Position numbers and translations under genes: made by a program
Source of the DNA: Candidatus Sigynarchaeum calidifontis
GTDB lineage: Archaea; Asgardarchaeota; Lokiarchaeia; Sigyniarchaeales; Sigyniarchaeaceae
Direction: 5' to 3'
Assembly (NCBI GenBank): GCA_030587475.2
Contig: JAUQYZ020000041.1
Span: 1 to 15,608 of the forward strand
Length of the DNA stretch: 15,608 nt
The notes under the pieces: generated by a model
What the model was told of the DNA's origin: nothing
Seen by the model: only the letters and a program-made list of their open reading frames with translations
Databases searched by the model: none
Shown: positions 8,514 through 15,608 of the stretch, one piece after another
Layout of the letters: each line of letters starts with the position of its first letter
How positions within the stretch are numbered: position 1 is the first letter of the stretch

Positions 8514-9620
8514 ATGGAAAAGCCAGAACCCGATAAATTGGTCACCATGGCATCCAACCTACTTGCTGAAAACAAGATGGCTGGGGCATTTGCGTATTAC
8601 AAGAAGGCAGCAAATTTATACCTCGAAAAGGGTTCATATTTCAAGGTTTTTGAGGTATTCAAGATAATGTCCTATTTATACAAGGAAATGGGCAAGCTGG
8701 GCGAGATGATCCAGCTCGTGCTCGACGCTGCCAGGAAACTGGAGGATTTCAAGGTTTTCGACGTCGCAGCCCGCATGTACGAGAACGCGGGAACCATGAG
8801 TTATGATCTCGCGGATTACGAGAACGCGAGTGCATATTACCAGAACGCATCAGATCTTTACCTGAGCATGTACGAGGAGGATAAGAATGAGGACATGCGG
8901 AAGTTGTCAGGCATCTTGCTCATAAAAAGTGCCGAAGCGACTTACCACATGCCGACCAAGAAGGACAAGAGCGAGAGCCTCATGCTCGAGGGGATCTTCA
9001 GGATATGCGCGCTGGCCGAAAAAATTCCCGATCTCGAGACCCGGCTGATCACAAGCTTCAATCGGGCGATGTTCGCAGAAGCTCGTGCTGCAGCATCCAA
9101 CTTGGCAAAGGCATTCAAGGACGCAAATGACAAGATATCGGTAACGAAGGAATTTAACGTCGAGCTGCTTTCTGCAAATGTCAAGGCGCGAACCTTGCAC
9201 TATCAAGCCGAATATCTGTTCCTGGGATACTTGCTCTCACGGAAGATGGACGGCGATGCCGCGGCCATGAAAGAAGCGACACGCGTCCTTGACTTGCTGC
9301 TCGAAGCGCTCAAGTTGATGCGCGCGATCATCATGAAAGAATATGATCGCGAGGATGTCGACCGCTACTGTTTTGACGGCATGCTGTATGCGATAGCAAG
9401 CTCGTTGATCGGCACGAAGCCCGAGCCAGAGGGTTTCCTGGAGGGTGTTCGGGGTGATGTAATGAGCGCCATCAACCAGAACATATACTACAAGATAATG
9501 ATAACCATCATCGGGCTCGGCCTCAAGCAGGCAAAAAACGCATTGTTCGGTGCAAACCTCGGCAAGCTCGAGCGCGTGAAATCATCGATGATGAAATTGA
9601 TCTATGCTGACATGTTTTGA
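8514..9620 (+). CDS. TPR-like alpha-solenoid protein with SNAP (Sec17/alpha-SNAP)-like N-terminal repeats
   Basis: Repeated A..YY.KAA.LY / AA.MYE.A / A..YYQ.A.DLY helical hairpin pattern. Start reassigned to ATG 8514, downstream of TATTTAAG at 8437-8444. Confidence 0.7.
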   Translation: MEKPEPDKLVTMASNLLAENKMAGAFAYYKKAANLYLEKGSYFKVFEVFKIMSYLYKEMGKLGEMIQLVLDAARKLEDFKVFDVAARMYENAGTMSYDLADYENASAYYQNASDLYLSMYEEDKNEDMRKLSGILLIKSAEATYHMPTKKDKSESLMLEGIFRICALAEKIPDLETRLITSFNRAMFAEARAAASNLAKAFKDANDKISVTKEFNVELLSANVKARTLHYQAEYLFLGYLLSRKMDGDAAAMKEATRVLDLLLEALKLMRAIIMKEYDREDVDRYCFDGMLYAIASSLIGTKPEPEGFLEGVRGDVMSAINQNIYYKIMITIIGLGLKQAKNALFGANLGKLERVKSSMMKLIYADMF

Positions 9621-9625
9621 AAATG

Positions 9626-9684
9626 ATATCGGAATGGGAGTCCCAAGGGCTACTTGGGCTTTGCGAGAAGCTCAGCATTCATAT
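9626..9684 (-). other. Extended stem-loop between convergent genes, overlapping the stop of the minus-strand gene (terminator or SECIS candidate)
   Basis: Nested pairings CCCAAG(9642-47)/CTTGGG(9653-58), GAG/CTC, GAATG(9632-36)/CATTC(9676-80) and ATAT/ATAT. Confidence 0.45.
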
Positions 9685-10616
9685 TTCCTTGCGCTGCTTT
9701 TTGAAGCTTTCTCGTACATCTGCTTGATCATCCCATCCGCGATTCGTTGCTGGCGTTCTGGCAAGTTTATAAGGCGTGGCAGCTCGGGCAAGAGACCCTT
9801 TGCCCGGTCGATACCCTTTCGTAGGTTTTCCTCGAATTCTTCCCTGATCTCGCCCGCGGCCATGATCACGGGGATGGTCCGGGCTTCGCCGGGCTTCAAC
9901 GTGCCGAGGTTCCACTCGATGCCGCTGAACAAGTCGTCGGGTCCTGCCAAGATGATGTCGTTCAGCGAAGGATGCCGTGCATCGATCTTCAACTCGTACG
10001 GGTGGCCGGCGGCATAATGTGCCACATCGAATTCCGGCGTGCTGCAAAAGCCGACGTGCACGTTTCCATTGTTCTGAACGATAGCCTTGTACCTGGTATC
10101 GAAGTAAGCACTGTCGCCATCGTAACTGCTCAAGCCGCCTATATCAAAATCGAAAAGATTGAACAGTCGCAATCCAGTGAAGGGCATTTCGCAAGTGTTT
10201 TTTATCGAGTAGAAGAAAATGCAATTGAGCTCCATCTTCGTGTAATACACGTCTGCGAAGAACTGCGCCTTGATCTCGCGGCTTTTCTCGCCGGATACCT
10301 TTGCGTCTGCGGGTATTTCCTTGTGAAACTCGACCGTGAGCCGGTTCACCATGTTGCCCGCCTTGAGGTTCATGAGCGTGTATGGGAACTCCTTATCACA
10401 ATTCTTGAAAAGGTGGAAGCCGCCCCCAGCGTAGAAGCCGAACCAGGGCCCGCAAAGGTATTCCGTGGGCGTGTCGAGCAACATGATTTCATCGCCTGTG
10501 TCTTTTTTCACGATCTTTAGAGTCTTAGCTGCGATGCCACGTACGATGCCAGATTTCTTTCATATAGTACAGACATAATCGAATGTAATCCAGAACCTCT
10601 TCTGCGTTTCATTCAC
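9672..10616 (-). CDS. Hypothetical beta-rich protein; candidate selenoprotein with N-terminal CxxU motif (in-frame TGA 10560-10562). Conservative call is 9672..10511
   Basis: From GTG 10616 the frame reads MNETQKRFWITFDYVCTI-TGA-KKSGIVRGIAAKTLKIV and continues into the 279-aa ORF of the track. 314 aa total, Cys16 and TGA at codon 19. The 279-aa body is clearly coding; the readthrough is inferred. Confidence 0.62.
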
Positions 10617-10681
10617 CCTTTTTTCTTCTTGATGCTCTTCCTAGATCCTCATGTTTTCGTTTTTTTCACGCGAGTTCCTTC

Positions 10682-10697
10682 AATAAAAGTTTTTAAA
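10682..10697 (-). promoter_or_regulatory. Putative TATA region for the candidate selenoprotein gene
   Basis: Minus strand TTTAAAAACTTTTATT about 65-80 nt upstream of GTG 10616, downstream of a T7 tract (10743-10749) that could terminate the gelsolin-like gene. Confidence 0.45.
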
Positions 10698-10769
10698 TCG
10701 AGCAAAGTAACCATGGATTGCGCAAAAGATAGCAATTATGGGAAAAAAAGATTATCCCAATCGATCATT

Positions 10770-11645
10770 CTACTTCAAGATCTCGACGAAATGCCCTTGG
10801 ATCTTCTTCTTGGTACCGGGATCCATCCCCGAGAACGAGCCTTTTGAAAACTTGATGCTGCCGTTCTCGATCGTGAACTCGCAAATCGGCCCTTCAAGAC
10901 TCTCGATCTTGAAGTGATTTCCTTTCTTGTTGGTGTAGATGTCATTGAATTCTCGCAACAAAGCCATGATTAAACTGCCGGCCTTGAGTTCATCCTCTTT
11001 CGTGATCGTTTCCTTGCCCGTGAGCTTCGTTTCGGAAGCCGTCTGGAAGTCTCCCTCGACGCCTGCATATTCATCGGCGGCCGAGACTTCGGCCGGGATA
11101 GGCTCGAGATCCGGCATCGCTTGTGGTGCGGGGGTCGGTGCTGGTGCCGGCACGGGCGCTGCGGGCCTGGGTGCCGGGGCAGGTGTTGGCGCTGGACTAA
11201 CGGGCCCGGGACGGGGCGCGGTGGTGGTTTTCTGGGCGGGAACCGACGCCGCTGCGGCGCCTTCGCCGATGGCAACGCATTCGCTTTCTACCTTTCTAAA
11301 TGGCAAATCAAACAAGCGCAATAGGGTTTCCCAGTCCGCCTTGACCTCCGGCACGCGCTCTATCATGCGGGCATCGATTTCCTTTATGGCCGTGAGCTGC
11401 CGGCCGATGATCGTCTTGCCGACCTGGTATCCGTGGCCGCGCAAGCTCTCGGCTTGGCGCAGCGCCTTGCGTCGTTTCACGAGGCCATTCTTCTTGCCAT
11501 AATATGCCCACACGACGTTGTTCAACTCGTCTAGAACGATGATGATCTTGTCGTCCGCAAAATGGTCCTTCGACCACGGAACCTCGGTGCACACGCCATC
11601 CTCGCTGACGTCAAACTCGATTGCAAATGTTCCGGATTGTGACAT
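10770..11645 (-). CDS. Gelsolin-like domain protein with Pro/Ala-rich linker and unknown C-terminal domain
   Basis: EVPWSKDHFADDKIIIVLDELNNVVWAYYGKKNGLVKRRKALRQAESL aligns by eye with the gelsolin repeat pattern EV......L...D.FILD....IY.W.G.......R..A...A..L. Linker PAPTPAPAPRPAAPVPAPAPTPAP. Start reassigned to ATG 11645. Confidence 0.68.
   Translation of the reverse strand: MSQSGTFAIEFDVSEDGVCTEVPWSKDHFADDKIIIVLDELNNVVWAYYGKKNGLVKRRKALRQAESLRGHGYQVGKTIIGRQLTAIKEIDARMIERVPEVKADWETLLRLFDLPFRKVESECVAIGEGAAAASVPAQKTTTAPRPGPVSPAPTPAPAPRPAAPVPAPAPTPAPQAMPDLEPIPAEVSAADEYAGVEGDFQTASETKLTGKETITKEDELKAGSLIMALLREFNDIYTNKKGNHFKIESLEGPICEFTIENGSIKFSKGSFSGMDPGTKKKIQGHFVEILK
11121..11240 (-). repeat. Low-complexity Pro/Ala/Thr coding repeat (PAP/PTP) inside the gelsolin-like gene
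   Basis: Encodes PAQKTTTAPRPGPVSPAPTPAPAPRPAAPVPAPAPTPAPQ; codons vary, so the repeat is at protein level. Confidence 0.8.
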
Positions 11646-11654
11646 TTTCGTATC

Positions 11655-11814
11655 CCACGCGACAATAGCTTCTCGGGTGCTCCGGCGGCGCAACAACACC
11701 CTGGCTTCGACGTCCCAGAGCCTGGATCCCTCGCACGCGCGTCACGCTGCCGGCTATCACGCGTGCTGCCGGCGTTCGGATTCGCGTGCGTGTTATTGTC
11801 TAGTGCGCGCGTGG
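11655..11814 (-). ncRNA. Candidate structured 5' leader or ncRNA (four-way junction) upstream of the gelsolin-like gene
   Basis: Nested complementary segments found by eye (see finding). TTTATAAG TATA on the minus strand at 11825-11832. Confidence 0.4.
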
Positions 11815-11956
11815 TCTTAAAAAGCTTATAAATTTCATGGAATAAAGTCTCGACTTCGACGCGCAGATGCCATCATCACGGAAACTTTGGCGATGATAGA
11901 TCGATTGCGATCACGAGCAAGCATCAGTTTTATTCGTTGTTGACAAGGCCTTCGCG

Positions 11957-12469
11957 TTATGGCTCCGTGATCTCGATCCAGATATGCAAGACTTGCTGCG
12001 TGAAGCGGTATCTCGCGGTTCTCGTATCCAACGTCCATAACTCGAAAAAGATTTTTTTGCTACCGATTAGCGTGTTGTTAAATTCTAAGGACATTCCCTG
12101 CTCCCAGGTCTGGCCGTCCATGACGATGGCCTCGCGTCTTTCCAAGACGAGCCCTTGCGCGCCGTTCACGGGGTCGACGGTCGAGGTCGAGTCGCCGATG
12201 ATGACCCGTACCATGTACTGGATCGACATGCCTTCGCGGTTTAGCACGTTCGTGTAAAGGTGCAATTTCTCGTTGCAAGTGATGTTTGCAGGAAAAGGAC
12301 CTGGCTCCTTGGCATCGTTGAGCACTCCGAAGCCAGTGTATCGTTCTGGCGTGTAAGTGATCAGGTGGATGGCAAGCATCGTGGAAATGATCACGAGCGC
12401 CGCGATCACGAGCGTTTCCACGAAATGTTCGTTGATTGCCCTTTCAATCGCTCGCCGCGCCTGTTGCAT
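11957..12469 (-). CDS. DUF1616-like membrane-anchored protein
   Basis: One hydrophobic helix (LVIAALVIISTMLAIHLI), then ERYTGFGVL...GPFP.N....E.L.LY..V.NREG....Y.V.V and KIFFELW...VLHIWIEIT, as in DUF1616. ATG 12469 (alternative GTG 12478). Confidence 0.75.
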   Translation of the reverse strand: MQQARRAIERAINEHFVETLVIAALVIISTMLAIHLITYTPERYTGFGVLNDAKEPGPFPANITCNEKLHLYTNVLNREGMSIQYMVRVIIGDSTSTVDPVNGAQGLVLERREAIVMDGQTWEQGMSLEFNNTLIGSKKIFFELWTLDTRTARYRFTQQVLHIWIEITEP

Positions 12470-12500
12470 GGAACCCACGCTCGTCGTTGACCCTTGCTGC

Positions 12501-13817
<1,317 letters not shown>

Positions 13818-13894
13818 TCATCGGTTGTCTGCATGCGTAATCAGATGTCGCGCTTTGATATGAAGCTTATCGCAACACTTCCAGCGAGATGCAC

Positions 13895-13923
13895 GACAGA
13901 GAAAAAGGGGACAGAAAAAAAGG
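13895..13923 (-). terminator. Tandem oligo-T tracts after the SDR stop (archaeal terminator)
   Basis: Minus strand CCTTTTTTTCTGTC-CC-CTTTTTCTCTGTC, an imperfect direct repeat right after TAA. Confidence 0.55.
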
Positions 13924-13924
13924 A

Positions 13925-14701
13925 TTAGATCAACTGGCCACCAGAGACGCTGATGACCTCGCCGGTGATGTAATCGCTCAAGTCCGAAGCGAAGAACAGC
14001 GCGACCTTGGCGATGTCGATCGGTTGCCCCGCACGGCCGAATGGAATCGCAGCGATGGCCGTGTCGTGAACGCCCTTGGGCATGCCGAAGCCACTGCGGT
14101 CACCACCATCTGCCTTGACGGCCGTGAGCCTGGTCTCGATGAACCCTGGCCCGTAGCAGTTCACGTTGATCTTGTTGATGGCTAACTCGCGGGCGAGGCC
14201 CTTGGTAAAACCAATCACGCCACCTTTCGCGGCGGCGTAATTGGTCTGGCCGATGTTCCCCATCATGCCGGTGACGCTGGACGTGTTAACAATTTTGCCG
14301 GATTGCTTGGCCGTCATTATGGGGATTACATACTTGCAGCAGAGGATTGTCCCGAGGAGATTGACATCCAAAATGAAGGACCACAAGCGATCATCCATTT
14401 TATGAAACATTGCATCCTTTGTAATGCCTGCGTTGTTGATCAAGATGTCCACGGTTCCGAATGCCGCGACCGTGTCATCGACCATCTTCTTGACATCTTC
14501 TTCCTTGGTCACGTCCGCTCTGCAAGCGATTGCCTTGAATCCCTTCTTCTTGAGCTCTTCTGCGGTGGCCTTGCACACGTCATCGTCGACGTCGTTCACG
14601 GTGACTGCCGCGCCATGCTCCGCGAACAGCTCGGCTATGGCTTTACCAATTCCACGCCCTGAGCCCGTGATTATCGCGACTTTTCCTTCGAGCAGCTTCA
14701 T
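13925..14701 (-). CDS. fabG: Classical short-chain dehydrogenase/reductase, FabG / 3-oxoacyl-(ACP/CoA) reductase-like
   Basis: TGSGRGIG; NNAGITKD; SSV; GNIGQTNYAAAK; PGFIET. AGGTGA RBS upstream. Substrate not determinable from sequence. Confidence 0.85.
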   Translation of the reverse strand: MKLLEGKVAIITGSGRGIGKAIAELFAEHGAAVTVNDVDDDVCKATAEELKKKGFKAIACRADVTKEEDVKKMVDDTVAAFGTVDILINNAGITKDAMFHKMDDRLWSFILDVNLLGTILCCKYVIPIMTAKQSGKIVNTSSVTGMMGNIGQTNYAAAKGGVIGFTKGLARELAINKINVNCYGPGFIETRLTAVKADGGDRSGFGMPKGVHDTAIAAIPFGRAGQPIDIAKVALFFASDLSDYITGEVISVSGGQLI

Positions 14702-14719
14702 GTTCGTTCACCTTTTCCC

Positions 14720-15529
14720 TCATGCTTGCACGCGGGTCCAAAGCCCACCGTCCACGGCTATTATCTGGCCGCTGATCATGCGCGCGTCGTCGGACGCGAG
14801 GAACGCTGCCATCTTTGCCACGTCTGCGGGGGTCAGATCCTCCTTCGACCGCGCCGTGCTCGTTATCAAGTAATCTCCCTTCGCCTTGTCTTTCGGTCCA
14901 ACACCGATTTTCGAGTCAGCATAGAACCCTTGCGCAAGTCCGTTCACGTTGGCGAAACGGCCATATTCCTTGGCGATACATCGCACCAGGCCATTCACTG
15001 CGCCCTTCGCTGCGGCATACAGCGAGGCAAGCTGGGTCAGGCCTGCAAGGCCAACGATGCTCGTCATCAACAAGAGCGTGGCTTGCTGTCCCTTTTCGCC
15101 TTGCCACTTGAACTGCTCACGGAGCGCTCCACCGAGGTGGAACAAGGAATTCACGTTGATGTCCATCGCTTTCTTGTACGCCTCGATCGTGATCTGATCG
15201 GCCCGCATCTTGCACGAGTTGTAATCGTCATAATTGAATATCACGGCGTGCAGTGCAGGATATTTTCCCTCAGACTCGCGCACCATCTGTTTCGTGGCAT
15301 CGTCCGTCTTGCATTTACCCACGAGGTACTCGATCATCTTGTGGCTCTCTTCCATCGAGATACCGTAGTTCAACTTTTCGGCGACCGGCGCGGTTATCGC
15401 ATCGGTCAATGCCTTGTCAGGGTCGTTCACGATGACCGTTCCGCCTTCGGCACATATGATCTTCGCGATCTCGTTAGCTGCGCCTTTGCACCCGGCGATG
15501 AGAACGACCTTCTTGTCGAATCTACCCAT
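14720..15529 (-). CDS. Atypical SDR-family protein with degenerate cofactor-binding motifs
   Basis: Keeps TSIVG, YAAAK, AAFLASD and ISGQIIAVDGG, but has IAGCKGAA instead of TGxxxGxG and FNYD instead of NNAG. Ends 18 nt before the fabG-like gene. Confidence 0.82.
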   Translation of the reverse strand: MGRFDKKVVLIAGCKGAANEIAKIICAEGGTVIVNDPDKALTDAITAPVAEKLNYGISMEESHKMIEYLVGKCKTDDATKQMVRESEGKYPALHAVIFNYDDYNSCKMRADQITIEAYKKAMDINVNSLFHLGGALREQFKWQGEKGQQATLLLMTSIVGLAGLTQLASLYAAAKGAVNGLVRCIAKEYGRFANVNGLAQGFYADSKIGVGPKDKAKGDYLITSTARSKEDLTPADVAKMAAFLASDDARMISGQIIAVDGGLWTRVQA

Positions 15530-15608
15530 AAGTCGTCAACCTTCTCATGTCACTTTTCGATCATGTAATGGTCGGTCTTCAAAGAACGTTCTATACTTAT
15601 CCGATCGA

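Noticed and set aside
9582-9677. C-terminal Cys-TGA (YEC-stop) as a second selenocysteine, like a thioredoxin reductase tail
   Set aside because: Readthrough would add 29 unremarkable codons running antisense into the neighbouring gene. An ordinary stop is simpler.
10520-10559. Bacterial-type SECIS immediately after the in-frame TGA
   Set aside because: Only a direct repeat (TGGCATCG twice, encoding GI..GI) and weak pairing are present; there is no convincing hairpin.
10517-10612. 31-aa minus-strand small ORF MKRRRGSGLHSIMSVLYERNLASYVASQLRL
   Set aside because: It overlaps the CxxU extension in another frame, its GGTGA abuts the ATG with no spacing, and it has no recognisable features. It remains the fallback if Sec readthrough is refuted.
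11835-11879. C/D box sRNA starting at minus-strand GUGAUGA
   Set aside because: Box C is perfect, but there is no CUGA box D at a suitable distance and the D'/C' candidates are very degenerate.

Overview
Gene-dense archaeal chromosomal window, GC a little over 50% by eye. TATA-like promoters, GGTGA/GAGGT ribosome-binding sites, an archaeal SepF, a TrmB regulator, a geranylgeranyl reductase and a gelsolin-like gene together suggest an Asgard (Lokiarchaeia-like) archaeon; that placement is inference. Gene order: 3' end of sepF, Get3/ArsA ATPase, HTH/Zn-ribbon regulator, helical hypothetical, TrmB regulator, NodB deacetylase (-), TIM-barrel sugar isomerase/epimerase, iron-sulfur flavoprotein, geranylgeranyl reductase (-), coiled-coil hypothetical (-), TPR/SNAP-like protein, beta-rich hypothetical (-), gelsolin-like protein with a Pro-rich linker (-), DUF1616 protein (-), purA (-) and two tandem SDRs (-). 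Main observation: the 279-aa ORF at 9672..10511 stays open upstream through a single in-frame TGA that falls in a C-T-I-TGA (CxxU) motif. This gives a 314-aa candidate selenoprotein of a family I do not recognise, with a stem-loop at its 3' end. Also notable are a multi-stem GC-rich leader upstream of the gelsolin-like gene and a canonical/degenerate SDR pair. No rRNA, tRNA, CRISPR array or mobile element was seen. All family calls come from motif recognition by eye, not database searches.
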